From assembly GCA_040954595.2 (NCBI GenBank), contig CM082577.2, positions 3,367,703 through 3,431,702 on the forward strand: DNA of 64,000 nt. Reading direction: 5' to 3'. This document shows, piece by piece, positions 1 to 14,800 of the stretch. The notes under the pieces are model-generated. The model saw only the letters and a program-made list of their open reading frames with translations, made no database searches and was not told the origin of the DNA. The stretch is from Balanoglossus misakiensis. Its lineage: Eukaryota; Animalia; Hemichordata. A program made the position numbers and the translations under genes. The stretch's first letter is position 1. Each line of letters starts with the position of its first letter.

Positions 1-1107
1 AGAGAATTATAGATTAATATTGTTGATAAATTACATTATGGGTAAATAATATGGTTCTTTGTGAATAGACGGTTTTTCATATCAAAACCTACAGTTTTCT
101 TCCACTTAGCTCTATTTTTCAGAGAAATGGCGGGAAACAAATTTGGAAAGGGACGAACAACGCTGTTGTCTACGGTCACATCAATTAGGAGGTTTTCGCT
201 TTAACGCGCCGACACGATTATACTTTTGCAATTTACTTCAGAGAAAATTAAAAAAACACGGGCACAGTTTCTTTAGATGATCGCTACAAAAGATCACGAT
301 ACGATTAATGGAGTCGATTTTGCAATAAAATGATGCACCGTACCTCGCTTCAGTTTGTATTCAAATGCTAGGTATAGTATTCGGCTAGGAATTTGAATAA
401 ATTTAAATACATTAAAACAACGTAGGGGGAATTCGAGGTATGCACTATCATAAACCGAAATACCACTTTTTATTCTTACACTGTCTGCAACTTGGGAAAA
501 CCGCCGACTGGGGAAGCCAGCAGTATTCTCCCCCTTTGCCCTGTACAGTAGCCACCGTCATTTCAAATCCCTGTATAAATGATCGCCCTATTACTTTCCT
601 CCCCTAAAAGCATCGTTGAAAAGTTCCCTACCCATTTCACAGGGAAAGGTCGCAGATTTTACGATTCAAAAACATGTTCACAATATGAATCCGCCATTTT
701 CAGACATAGCTACCGATAGGTCTGTGGGGACGCCCTAATGTTTAATGACCAAAGGGCCAGAAATAAAAACGTCTACATCAAGCCAGATCTCAATTCGATT
801 ATACCGCTATGTTGTGTTTATTTCTGCAAAGTTATATTTGCCCACTTTATTACACTGTACATTATTATTTCTTTAATAAACGAGTTTAAATTAGTCTTTT
901 AATCTGCGCCTTATTTCCCCGCGGGGTGAAATGATTCTATAGCCATACAACAATTCTCGGTATGTTTTCTTATATTACGTTGAATATGTAATTGTATCCC
1001 CGAGCTCTCTTTGTCTATTGCCCCCGCGCCGGCGCGCGACACCGAACGGCTCGGCAGCAGGCTGTCAAGTCGATTATCACTGGATTTGGTGACTGGAAAT
1101 ATGAGAT

Positions 1108-1314
1108 GCCGCCATCTTGATTGCCTTTTTAACCGGTGGCTCTGAGAATACGAGGTGTTGCTGCGACGATGGTCAAACACAAAAGTCTGTTCTTCGTGTC
1201 GGTCGGAGTTTATTTTTCTTAATTAACGGCATTGAAATACAAGTGCTCTTGAATTGTGCACTGACGTCGGCGGATTCGATTGGTTGTGATATTTTCCCGT
1301 CGGTTATGACGTCA
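1108..1314 (-). promoter_or_regulatory. Putative promoter of a gene running off the left edge (CRE, CCAAT, YY1)
   Basis: TGACGTCA (CRE) at 1307-1314, minus-strand CCAAT (ATTGG) at 1279-1283 and YY1 site CAAGATGGCGGC on the minus strand at 1108-1119, next to a GC/CpG-rich patch at about 1020-1060. Orientation inferred from motif order. Confidence 0.4.
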
Positions 1315-2329
1315 CTCCGCCTACTGAATGGCAACTTTTCAAGTTTGTATGTTTGAATGACGTTTTATGTATCGTGTGTGATTTTTGTTACCGAGTTCCT
1401 GTTGTAACAAGCCGACGTGGGATCTTTTTTTGTTTTGATATGTTTTGAGGGGGTGGTTTTAACTAACGACTTCCAAGTATTTCACCCCCGGTTTGAAACT
1501 TTCGCTGCTTTGACTGACAGACTTGATTGAGTAAAAGTGCGCGTGAATCGCAAAATTGTGCGCCGCCAACTCACCAGAGATTTGTTTGGAGGACACTGCT
1601 GTCGCCCTAGGGTCACAGGTCTGACACGACTTCTCGCGATACGTTCCGCCACAGCCCTTTCATTAAATCAGCGCGCCTGTCAGCACAGAAGTCAACGAGG
1701 TCCTCCACGCGCAAGCGCCCTTCGTCAAGATATGTAAACACGCCAACCAACAGATCATAGCGGTGCGCGACCTCCTCGAAAAAAAACGTTAATCATTTTT
1801 ACTTTCCCTGTTCTCGACGGAAACAAGAAACGACGGGTGCTCCGTTAAGCCAACGCCAGCTGCCTCCTTGGAGTTCTCAGTGAATTCAACCCTCGACTGG
1901 CCGTAAACGTTCAAGTTGCCAACAGATATATAGTTTTTGATATAGTAAAACTATAAAAACCTTTTGAGTGGTGAGAACCCTACACTAGTCCCTATAGATT
2001 GTATTTGAAATATATTATAAAACTGTCAGTTGCAGGTGGCGCAGAATCTGTTTTCCTGTACTTTAATGTTTTGTTATTCTACCAAACTGAACTATTAAGT
2101 GATAAAAATGAAGAAATATGGCCGTTGCTCACGTCACACGCACAGTTTGAAATTTAAAATTTGTATTATAAAATCGTCTTGGCCTACCCTCAAAGCATAA
2201 TTATGATCCTAGGAAAAGAAACATATCGACCGTAAAGTTTAAAGGCAGATGGATGAAACGGGAAGTACTTATTATCAATGACACAGTCACCGCAGTGGTA
2301 ATGCACCAGCCAGGGCTAAAATACGGGGT

Positions 2330-2350
2330 AAAGTGCTGACTCAGCACTTT
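2330..2350. promoter_or_regulatory. Perfect T-MARE (Maf recognition element) palindrome
   Basis: AAAGTGCTGACTCAGCACTTT: TGCTGACTCAGCA core at 2334-2346 with symmetric A/T flanks, a 21-bp odd palindrome. Confidence 0.6.
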
Positions 2351-4155
2351 TCTTACACACCCCATGCTGTAGTGTCTTTTTTCTATTGTAGAAACATTAT
2401 AACGACCCTATAAAAAAGAGAACGATGACAAAATTACAAACTACAATGCGTTTTCTATGTTAACGGGATAACTACGCGTACGTATACATGTATGGGCAGG
2501 CCCCGTCTTAACATCGTTGCTCAAAACTGCCGACTGCTCTGTTATTAAGATGAATGAAAATAAATTTCAAAGTCCGCGGAAGTCGCAGCTGTTTTTAAGA
2601 ACAGTTATCTATGACATCGGTTCTCCCAAAAGAGCCAACTTGTCACTGCCATCGATCTATAGTTTTTTTTTCCAGACAGTGTGTGATATGTGGTAGGAAG
2701 TCGCAAATCACGATGGATTCAAATTCGATGCGGCATTCCCGAGAAACAATATTTTCCACCTCATTGACCGCAGTGACAGGCTCAATTTTGTTTCATTAAA
2801 ACTCGATGAATCCCAATTGTTTAGCGGGGAGATTAGTTCGAGGGCAGAGATAGCTTGGAATGCTTAAAAGGCGCTCGGCAGCCAAATCTTCGACGATTTG
2901 GAACCATCAATCGGCCTAGATGGTTTAAGCTTTCGTCGTACATTCAATTTTATTCATTGCGTGTATATTGGTGTTTGCCACGCGACGGCGACCGAAAGGT
3001 CAACATTATTAGGCAAATAATAGACGAGCGCAGCACTTTTGCCACCAGACAAATGTTAAAACCCCGACTTGTCGTGTCGTCATAACCGAAAAAAAAATGT
3101 TGGCATCAGCGCGGTCAGTGACATGACAGGTAACAGCAGTACACCATCCGTACGCGACATTACTTCCCTTTTTGCTCAACTCTTGCGCTTTCTCAGTGAA
3201 GTCGTGAAGTCAATTGAATTCTACTTAACTGTCAACTAAGGTCTCATTTCAGATAGAAGGAAACTGCCAATCTGCTAGATGTATCGAGCTGTGTCATTAG
3301 CTTATACCGCTGAAGAATCAGGCAGAGAAAGAAAATATTTCTATCGACCGATGTGCCATCTCTCTAAATCGCCACATTGAAAGATGGCGTTCATTTGAGT
3401 TAGGCCTACAGGCAAGCTGCACACTCAAAAGTTGCCTTATTAAAACTGTCACGCTTCTTAATTGCGTCAGTATTGCAGGTTCGCATGCATCAGAGGTGGT
3501 CAATCGATGCAGAGGCCAGATCTATAGAGTCACGGATTTCGCGACGTGCAGCACACGGAACTGGGAAGGAAAAATGGCGCGTAGGCTTGGCCGCGTCTCC
3601 TGAAGTCAACAGAACACGTTTGGCAACGCTAACGGAAAGTCACGCCTGATGAGTTATTCATGACCGATACATCTCTTCGCTAAAAAGGGCAAATGATTCG
3701 AGACAAATGAACCGAACTAAGAGTTTCAGTTATTCATCTTCATGTTTTATGGTTGGCGAGAAATGCAAATTCTCCGCCAGGCCTACAGATCATCGTACGT
3801 GAAATTGGACCGCTGGGAACAAGCGGGAGAGCGAGTGAAGCAAGCAACTGGTTAATCAAGACATATACCTTTGCTTTATCAAAACACCATATATATGTGT
3901 CTATATATGAATCGGTCGGTGCTCACGGGAGGTTAGACTCGACGATTTGTGATGCAAGAAACGATAGCGCCGTTTAGTGCAGATACGATGCGAGGCATTG
4001 TAATGGACAACAATGTGCAGAAGGAGCGTCGTGTAGCTACATGTACATTTAGCGGTGATCTTTCAAGTTAACCAATCTGATTGCTCATACTCCATCCGAC
4101 ATGAAAAAGTAAGGTTAACACTTCAGGAAAGAATTCGGTGTTTAGTTTTTGTTTG

Positions 4156-4195
4156 GACTGACTGACTGACTGACTGGGTGAATGACTGACTGACT
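4156..4195. repeat. (GACT)n microsatellite
   Basis: Interrupted tandem GACT units seen directly. Confidence 0.9.
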
Positions 4196-7100
4196 TGTAT
4201 GTAGCAGCGAAAGGAATTCACATCTACTGTAGACAATAAAGCCCTCCTGCCATGATAAAGTCATACAGTTTCGTAGATATTTGAATTTCGACCAATATGT
4301 ATATCTGACTTCTCATATTGTGTCAAATGAACTTGGTGCAAGTGATGTAATGAATTCCGATCTGAAGTGGTAAACATAATTCGAGAAAGTACTGTCTGGA
4401 TAGTAAAACCATTCAGCCATATGCTAGAGCCCGCTGGCAATTCGCTTACGTTATGAGATCTAGTCTGCATTATCGATGCGTAAAATCTTTTAATACCCAC
4501 TAAAAGAACCGATTAACAGAATGTGCGAGGAGAGAATTCAATTCTTTCACTGAAAAATGGGAAAAGGCGTAATATTTGCTTGAACCCTTTTGATCTCCGG
4601 TTCTTCTGCACTAACGCATAGACTTTGACGAGCCACTCGACGTTTTATCACCAGAGGCGAGGATTCCATTAAAAATTTGAAGATTGCTCTTCTCCTAACT
4701 GCTTAAAGTTTAATATTATGACAGACCGTCACCAAACACTCGTCCACACGACACCCTTGGCCAATTTGCGCGAGAATTCAAAACCATTTCAATTTAATCG
4801 ATTGATTGGGCTAAGTTGGCGAGGCCCAATTAGAGCTCAGCTGTTTGTCGTGCGTACAACCAGCTGGCCATGTCTGGGTAAAGCTTACATCAGGCCAGAA
4901 AACTAACAGTACAGGACGGGGGTTCAGGTTAGCCACATGTTTATGTATTTGCCCCTCCCCCCGCCCCTCCCACTCCCAACTTTTCCATGTTGGTAGATCC
5001 CTCACAAATTAAGGGCCGTACTTCTATTATTTACGTTGTCGGGGCGCCATTCGATTCATTATTATTGTGCTGTTGACTGTTGATCGTTGCGACTTTTCTC
5101 CAGTTTTATGACGTGTAAAGTCTGGTCAGTGGAATGCTTTCACTCTGATGTGACTACAAATGATGCAGTGACAATTAAAATCCTACATGAAGATTACATG
5201 TACTCACGCCAACAGTTGTCTGGTTGACATAAAAGTTATGACAATACACAATATTGTATACCAAAGATGACGTGTCATTGTACATGTACATGTAGGAAGT
5301 TGTATTATTCTCTGGTCATTTTTATATCATAACTCGTCGCCATTTTTACAGTCGCCACCGTCTCGTCGACGATGGCCGTTTCATTGCGTGCTAGGAAAAC
5401 ATGGCACTAATCTTTTGCCCATAAAATGCTTCCGAACCATCTTGTAATGGCCCATAATATTACACGGATTTCTCTCATAAAAACAGAAGCAACGGGGAGA
5501 CTAATACAACATGCGTTTTATTTGATGTTATAAAGAATTACTATCGGTTTTATCAGTAAATACGACTTGACGACATCCCAGAGTAGTAAAAATCCCCTGT
5601 CGATGTTTTGTTCACAAGAAAAAAACTCTTTCAGGGCTAAAGAGTGTCTCATGGGACAGTTATGAGCACAGCGGGAGAACAGGTAAGCCGTTTTTTCACA
5701 GGAATACGGGTTAAAACATTTCTGGTGCACTGCGACGTTTTTTTATGCAACAGATAGAGTCTTCTATTAATTATGCGATTCTTTTACGAGGGCTCCCGCG
5801 CGCCTTAGCCATGGCCATACGTGCATTTTTTAGTGAATCTTTATTTTTTCCCCTGATCTGTTGCGCATTTATGACCGCGCGCGTTTCACACGCGTAACTA
5901 AGGCTTTGTTTCACAGCTTCGCCAATCGTTAGTACAGACACATATTTCAATTCAGATTGGTGTGAGAAAAAAAATCCGATGCCTTTAATGGCCGAGGAAT
6001 GTTTTGTGAGAGAAATGATTTCACACGTATCCACAATGTTACATGACGCCTGTTGAAATTGGACTTGCTTTAATATCAGTGGGGGAATTTTCAATCCATT
6101 TAATTTTTAACGCGGGACACATATAAACACACAAATCAAAAAAGGCCGCAATTTTGGAAAGTGTAAGATCACTTACGTAACATTTTAATCCATACACACG
6201 TATCGCAAATGCAAATTCTTCGGACGATATTACAAACATACAATCTCATAATTTATTTAATAGTATCGGCATGATTACATAAACTTCGTTAACTACATAA
6301 TCACATAGCTTTCGCTAGTATTTGACGTGAGCTTTTGGGCCAAAATGTTGAATCATGGGAGTGACGGACGCTAGCAGGCGAAATGTGTATATTAGAAATT
6401 CTTTCGGGAAAAGACGTGTGCTAAAAACGTGAAGACAAATTGACACAGGCGGGGTGGAAACGACAGACGCAAAGATATCTTGTCAGACAATCCGATGAGT
6501 GAAAATGCGCGCAGAAAAACCGTGATTGCTTGGGAACATGTTTGAACAGTATTGCAATGTGGCGACATTGTTCTCCGTTACTAAAAGTGGCCCTGACGTC
6601 AAACAACCAAATCAACATTTCTTCACAATTATGGCGGGGGGAGGGGGGAATGATAGCAACTTTTTATCTGTGTCTCTGATCTGATCCACTCGGTACTAAT
6701 GCCTTTCCAGGCACGCCCATCAACAAATTCAGATTTTTTCCGGCTTGTTCTTCAAGTCGATTGGCTCAAACGTTATACATGTACCTCCTGTTTGGCGTAA
6801 CACAGGTTCGCCACTACTAAAACAAACTTATTACCCGGCCCGATATCCCATCTTCACATTGCTTTCGTCTGCGCACTCTCAGAAGTTACGTGACGGGCAT
6901 TTCAAACTTTCATACGGTCGCCGAACAGAACAGCCAGACTTTTTTTTCAGCGTGTACAGTTTCCATGGCGATTTCCCTCGCGGAGCACACACACATCCAT
7001 CATGCGCGCGCGCGTACTTACGCGCCCCGGCACGCTGGAAGTTAATTAGGTGAAGCAGTAGCGGTTATGAACGGAACACTTTCTGACATCTGTGAATCGG

Positions 7101-10100
7101 CGCATCGATTAAAAGAAAAGTTGACAATGCCGTCTGCAAGTGATCCTTGCCAGTTTACCGGGAACGAACAGTTATCTCCGTGTTTGCTCGCGAGGTAATT
7201 TAAGTACGAAAGCAAGTCACCCCGATATTACCAAGCGCAACAATGCCGTCTTCACGTTCGGTCGATACTAATAAAATAACATTAATTATATTGTTGGGTT
7301 ATAATCGAGCATCAATGTCCGTGTTTATAGTCATCAATCAACGATCCCAATTTCCCCGTTTTCCAAATTGTTTGTCCGCTCATCAACAGATTGTTTTATA
7401 TTGCAGGCTCTTAAGCTTATAACACGGAGAGCTGTAATTATTTATTTGTGGGTTGTAAAAGGAGTCTCCGGTGCGTTCTATATAAACTTTTAGGGTTACA
7501 TCGTTTCTTTTATGTTTCGACGACGGACGGACAGTCAATATAGCTACTGCATTTTTACACGGATATTCCGCGCCTAAATCGCTAAATCCGAATCGTAAGT
7601 AAAAGTCGTGATCGTAATAAAGGTGTCGGTATATGCACCTTCAATTGGTTTCTTCATTTTCCTTCCATTGTCCTCGTTAATTCCCTCTTAATTCCTAATG
7701 TTTCATTTTAATTTCTTGATGTTAACTTTCGACAAAATTCAATCTGTTTTCTTAATGAGTGAAACAGGCCATGTGATAGCAGGCCAATATGCTGCAATTA
7801 TTGCGAGCGAATTATTGACGTGCGAAAACTAATTTTTAAGATAATGGCCAAACGAGCGTTCTTGATCGAATTATTCAAAAGACACAGGCTGACCACACAC
7901 AGTGTACTCAACCTCTCCATGCGTTGTGTGTATAGGGGTTCTCAAAGACGCCACTTCTATGAAATTTCAGCATCGTTACGTGAGCAGTTATTCAGAAGAG
8001 ATTGGAAGAAAATTTCGACTCTGTGCGTACACTGGGGATAAGAACGGAAGACAGGTCGGCGGAAATAAAGATTTACAACCGCAACATGATTTTTATGTCA
8101 CTTTTCTATTTTGTTACCTCAATGCCTGGCCTGTGAATGTAGTTTATTACGCCACAAATCTTCATTTTTCCCAATCTCCATTGTTATTCATTCACACCAG
8201 CGAAAATGTGTGATTTATCGCCTAGCTAAGTGAAATCTAAAAAAAAGTATCCGAACAGATTCAAACGTGCCTGCCTGACATGACGTCGCGGATGTGTGTA
8301 ACGACAATTTGAAACCAAGATCGGATGCATGTCGATCATTCGCCGGGTCATCCTCTCTAATCCGGCGGTGTATTACGACGGCGAATTACGGTCAGGGAAA
8401 CAGAATCCGAGCCAAAGCTGTATAGTCAACACAAATCTTAGTTCAAATACTAAAAATCCTCGGGAGAGGATAAAAATACGTGCATCAAACTTTGACTATA
8501 GGCCAGCGTATGAATCTGGTTTGGTCATAGTTTTCCATGTAAAAGTCATCTGAGATTGCTTTTTATTCCCTTAAAATGCCATTATTTTCAATCTAGTCGA
8601 CATAATCTCACCAATATGCACAGGTAGCTCTTTCTACCTAAATCTTTCTCACTGTGTTGAAAGTCCGTTGTAACCGATCGAATGAACGACTTCAGTTTCG
8701 CGCCAAATGTCTTCACATCTTCATATCTTTTATGATGCATTTTGAAGGATGGCAAAAAACATGCCTGCATTTTTCTGACACGTATTTGTTATATTTTATG
8801 TCGTATCAGATAAAGAGTAACATCGTAAAGAGACTGTGCCTGCTCTTGATGTGTCGTCTGATAACCTATAGAATTACCCCGAAGGCAGATTCTCGCCGAC
8901 AGACTATAATTTGTATTTATTGACATACACCTATGCAAGGTAAAGTAAACAGGATAGCTGATCAAATGAAATGATAGTGACTAAAACGTAGAAAGTTTAT
9001 TACACATTTTCCTCGGATATGTGTCGTTGAAAATTATCGTCTTGCCAGGAAACAACAATTAAAAAATTGTAATATATGTCATATTTTTATGAAAATGGAG
9101 TCAATATTCCGTTTTAAAAACACACTGAATGGCGATAATATATTATTAATATTCTTGCCATGCATTCCGACAATTTTGACAGATGCTTTCCACAGTCAAT
9201 ATGCCCGGCTGCTGCGAAAGTAAAAGCGCGCGTAATTACCGTGTTCGCAAACAAACGCGAGCGGACAACTGCTGCGAGCGTCGCCGGTCTTTCGTCACCA
9301 CAGGCAGCTTTGTGCCGTCCCAGTTGAAATTACACCAGCATCCGCTTCGGACTGATAAGTTGTCAGAAATAGTTTTTGAGGTGTGGTGTAACAAGGAAAA
9401 CGACAATTTCCTTCATTGTGTCGAGTACGTAATTGAATGTGACTGGAATATTTGCTAATCGTTGTCGTGTTCGGAGGAGTCATTGATTGAAAATTAAACT
9501 TTCTGCCAAAGTGAGGGGAGAGTACCTTCTTTTCCCGATCCCTGTCACATTTTCATCGAAAGGGGGAAGAAAGAGATGAAGTAAAGAATATTAACTCAAA
9601 GGCCTACCTGTTAGATTGTGCTTGTGACTTCAAAAAATACAGGTGCGAACTCTAAGGCAATCGCTTCCACTCTGAAAGATTTTCTCCCTTCCAGCCAGCA
9701 CACTTCGAGAAAGATTTCTGCTCGGGTCTAAGTCGTCCGTTACATGCGCGGGAAAAGAAATACACTAAAATATGTAGGCAGGGACGACAGGCTTCAGTCA
9801 AGGCCCCCTAGGGAAGTGTAAATATCACCATTCCAGTAGCCAATCACAGAATGAAAGCTCGCCTAGGGAATCAGCCGATTATTTCCTCCTGATCGTTTTG
9901 TGACGACAACGCGCCTATCACTCACGTCGTTCGTTGTCATTTTTTCGGTCCTTTTCTCTCCGCGCTTGAATACAACACAAAAATACCGTAATTACGGAGA
10001 CATCATGCAAAATCGGATCAATTTAGCTTTGACGCGCTTCAAAAACGGTCGGATGTTGAAAAGTTAAGCGTGGGATGACTTCTGGAAGCGGGAGTCTATA

Positions 10101-11832
10101 TTTATACATTTGTGCAAATCATGTCTGTGACGTTGCCGGGCGCTGAAAAAAAAACACTTGAAAAGAGCTCTTTCGGTTCTTCATTAAGCGCGACGTCTTG
10201 GCCATCTGCAGGAGCCGCGACTTCCACGCCCTGCCTTCAGAAGTAACAAGAAATGCCGTGACCGCAGCGATTGACCGCGGGGTGAAAATATGGCACTCAT
10301 CGAGGTGTACTTCAGAGTGATTAGTCACAAACCATCGGACAGCTTGTCCGGGATGACCTGCCGACGAAAGCGATTAATTATAAAACCACGAAAAGCTATA
10401 ATTCTACGTTACAAAGTCAAACTGCAACGGGGTTTATTCGCCATGATACGCCAAACGCCGCGCCATGACGGGAACCACGAACACACAAAGCGGTGTGAAC
10501 GTCACCGAAAGGCAAGCAGTGGCAACAGATTCTTGCAGCCATTTTTACGTTTCAAAATGACGTAAGACGCGCCCACCTCCGTCGCAAAAAAAATATGTAA
10601 TAAAAAAGTCAGCTGAATAAAAACACGTCCGATATCTATAAAATAATAATACAAAAGGATTAAGAGTGTGGGAACGAAGACTATGTGATTTACGAAATTG
10701 CGACCTTGCTGAACTGCACGCACGATATAATGAAGTTTTCTTGGCGCCAAAAGGAACTCGATGTAACGAAGAAACGTTCTAATCCGCGAACTATACGAGT
10801 CTCTTGTGCCATATGATAAAAGACGGTATAATCAAACTTGACAAAAGTCTAATTTTCAATGGTTATGCCCACACAGAATTCTGACAAATTTATAGCAATT
10901 CGGTAATGATATTTGATTTTGAGTGTGGCACGGGAGTACAAGCACTCTTTAATGGGGGAAATTTGGGATATTGTTTTCGGTCGAGACTTTGTTTTGCTAT
11001 GATTAATTATTTTAATGTTCCCCGTTTAGACATAAATAAATTAACATACATGATGATAGCGCCTGACAGGTTGTTGCTGTACAAGTCACGTTTACTGGTT
11101 AGACCGCTGAAGTAGAGTATGCGTTAAAAAACAATTTTTCATGTAAACATTCACACATATTGTAATTAGTTGATAAAACTGGTACTTTTATGCAAAGAAG
11201 GCCACGGTCAGTGACCGCGAGAGGGACAGCTTTATAGGGGATGCGTGGTCGCACGTTTTATACACTGTGGCGCCGGGATGAAAACCGACGTCAAATCAGC
11301 AACAACTATAGTCTGAAACGCGGATAAACCCAACATTGACCACTGGCGTACAAAGGGCGCAGATCTCCGCACCCTTAGCATTCATTTCACGCAACAACTT
11401 CCAGTATGAGCGCCCCCTGGCTGTGGGGGTGGCTCTGACGAGGAGAGTCGCCCAAACGATCCGGTTGATAGGGAACGTTTGTTGTCGACGGCCTCGGTGT
11501 AACGTTGGATTTGTGACACATGAAAAAGCTTACACTAATGCAATAAGAACGGTGTGGAGGCGCCGGAAAACGTATTCTCAGAATGCGGATATTGCAAACC
11601 GTCACGTTCCATTGTGTGTACAGCTCCGCTTACTGTTCATGCTAATGACGGCCGTCATTATTGCAACTTCTTGTACATAGTATTTGGTTTCCTGGAATTA
11701 GGATTAGAACAGATCTGCAAGATTGCTGGGTAATATATTTTTTGTAAAAATATATGTATCCCCAACTGTCTGAACACTCCGATTATCTACTCTCCCGCCC
11801 TTGTGAAAAGTGAAAAAACGAGTATCCTTAGG

Positions 11833-11885
11833 CTCTGTCTGTCTGTCTGTCTGCATGTTCGCCTGCCCGCCTGTCTGTCTGTCTG
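11833..11885. repeat. (CTGT)n degenerate microsatellite
   Basis: Tandem CTGT/CTGC units. Confidence 0.8.
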
Positions 11886-14800
11886 CACGCTTGTATGTTG
11901 AGTGGCGGGCGAACTGTATTCATGTTGTTGGGTTTTATATTTCTTGACGAGAGACAGCTCACTTACTGTGGGCGCTGCTGATTAGACGCGCCAGTGCATG
12001 ATGGGAATGAACAGGAAACGAAAACGGAGATCCGGTGCTCAATTAGTATAAAGTGTGGACGTTTCCTTATGTCTTTTAAGTTCAACATTTCTCGTGGAAA
12101 ACGCCGGAAACAACAGCAGCCGACATTGTCGTAGTTATGACCAGACGACAATATCGGCAAAAACGTAAATGGTGTTTTTAAGAACCGCGCCACTTTTGTC
12201 AAGAATAAGTCATGCCTCGTTTCTGTAAGTAGCGAAATTATATGGTTGTCATCAACACCAGTTTCATATAAAGCTATTTTGATGGTATTTGTATTGGAGT
12301 TCTCCTCTTCAGTTAGTCACCATGGTTACGGTAACAGTGTCCATAACACACAAAAACTTCCGTCGTGATTTTACAGTCACGTCACGCAAGCAAATTCCTC
12401 AATATCGTCATCGGGGTTTGAAATCACAATTACTTTATACCAGTTTCTAAGCCCTGGTGTAGCCAAATGCATATATATTTCGCGATTTGTGTTCCAAGGA
12501 GAACTCTGGAGAATGTTGGTAAAGGGATTCAACGTATTTATCATATGGTTATTATTCGCAAAACTTTCTGCATACAAAGAACTTAAAATTCTCTATTAGA
12601 GTCAAGGACTCCCTCCACCCAGCGGCCAAATAACCAATTATAACAAATTACAAATTTGCCATTAGATAGTGTTTCTTCGATCTACAGTCTCTAAACCATA
12701 TCTCACGTCTGTTTGCCGTCAACACAAATTTCATTTAGTAAGCTATTTTTGATATTTAATAAAGGGCGTTGTTTGATTTTTACTCTTGTTTGAGCAAATT
12801 ATACCAATGGACAAACAGTTACCTATTCACATTTGTCAATAATTTAGTACGAACCACAATACCTATCCTGATTGCTTATTTAACAGCCGGGCCAGAAAAA
12901 AATCGCTTATTATGAGAATTAAGATATTACCCTTTGAATTAATTATATTTTCACACATTTTCTGCTACGTCATCATTATCACATTCATGTTCACGGTTGA
13001 AGTTTTGTTCTGGTCAAAAACTGTCCGACGTCATGGGGTGTCAATCAATGTCACTCACAGAATATTTATTACCTTGAAAGCATGATTAAGTTTTCTTTGA
13101 GATTCAAGTGATACTTTGCTCCAATTTCGCAGTTCAACGACGCAAAATCGGAAGATGATTGTTTCCTGGCTGGGCTGTCAGTCTTATTCTCTGTAGGATT
13201 TGATAAATTTACGCTTCGTTCATCACCAGACAAAGATACAACTCGCTACGTCAGCCCAATCGACGCATGTGTGCGCCGTGCACGATTTGTTTTTGCGCGT
13301 CAATTTGTTTCACCATACGATCCAGCTCGGCCGCCACTTGGCGCGTCTAGGATCACAAACCGGAAATGGAAGTCTGTTGGGCAGAGTACAGAAGAGCGCG
13401 AGCGTGGGGTGTGACCATCGTTTGCTCACTGCGTGGGAAGAGGTTTCATGTATTGCTTTTACTTGTCTTAATTTACCTCGTGAAATCACTCCGGTGCAGA
13501 TATAATTTATCATTGTACATTTGGTTGATGAACAAACGCAGATACATATCAGCGGACGTCGTCCTGACCCCCAGCACAGAGGTCACGGAGTTAAAGCACA
13601 TGGATGATCTCGTTATCGTCGTGAAGGGAGCCTTATATCGCAAGCGCAAATTGTACAAGGCTTTGCGGGCGAAGAGTGGACGCTCGCACCGTGGTTTATC
13701 GCGCCGGGATAATTATGGTTTGCAAGACGCCGACAATGATAAAGATCCGAGTGTCGACTGATGCCACAGCGGAAAAAAAATCTAGTCTCTCCTTGTCTGT
13801 GGTAATGAGGCTGAAAACCACAGCGTACTATCGTCATGGTTTAAGAGTCAGGGGTATATTTGCGTGTTCACAGTACCTCCTGTTTTTCTCCAAAATTATC
13901 GCGTGAAAATGTTACAACATCGACCATACGGTTCCGTTCTGCGCCTTCGCGCCACGACACGCGCAGATCGCCAAACAATTGCCAATCAAGTCCACGTGGG
14001 GTCTCGATCTGCACAGGTTCTCATTTCGCGCATGCGTTGATTTACCGACAAAGGGCGCAAATCTCGCCCTTCATTTTTGTGCAATCAATGAAATACAAAC
14101 TTTCACTTGGTAGTGCGACCTCTCAAGCACCGAGGACGCGACACCTGAGACGTGAGCAAACTACAACGCCGCGCCGGTAATCATCTAGTCTCACACTCTG
14201 GGGATCCGCCGTGATGGAAAATGTTCCTATCAATATTTGTGTGGAGACTATCACAGGAACACTGTGTTTAATGAGTGAAAGATGGCGCTTTCTGAGCCAG
14301 GGTAGTCACTTCACTAATTCCAGGCTTGACCCCATGTTATATACGGTGATAATCAGGCGTCTGGGTCGTTTTTACAATGAAACATATGAAATTTAAAACC
14401 TCCAATTATTCGTTTCTCCCCTGATGTTGCGAACAATAGTCATGTTTCTTTAAAACTGGCAGACATTCACTATGTGTCTCCAATTTAACACTGTATCATA
14501 AGTAAAATAACGTCTGTATGTGTGTTTCTCGCACCTTTCCTGTATTCGATGGATATTTTATTGTATTTGGCAAGTAATTGAATCCATCCATTTTAGGCTG
14601 CAGTCCCTGCAAGTATGGACTCAAGTGGCCTTTGAAATCCATTGACACGGACGAGCTAAAGTTTGAACGTTTTTGAAGCGCGCCCGATTCAACAGGTCCA
14701 TTTAGTAGCATTACACGAGGGACTCCTCGTGAAAGAAGCGAAAATTAAATGACAGGTCAGTTGCCATCTTCAAGAAAGTGTTTCTTTTTATGCAACTCTG

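Noticed and set aside
13366-13761. 131-aa ORF with a type II membrane-like stretch (KRFHVLLLLVLIYLV)
   Set aside because: No recognisable domain and no joinable downstream exons.
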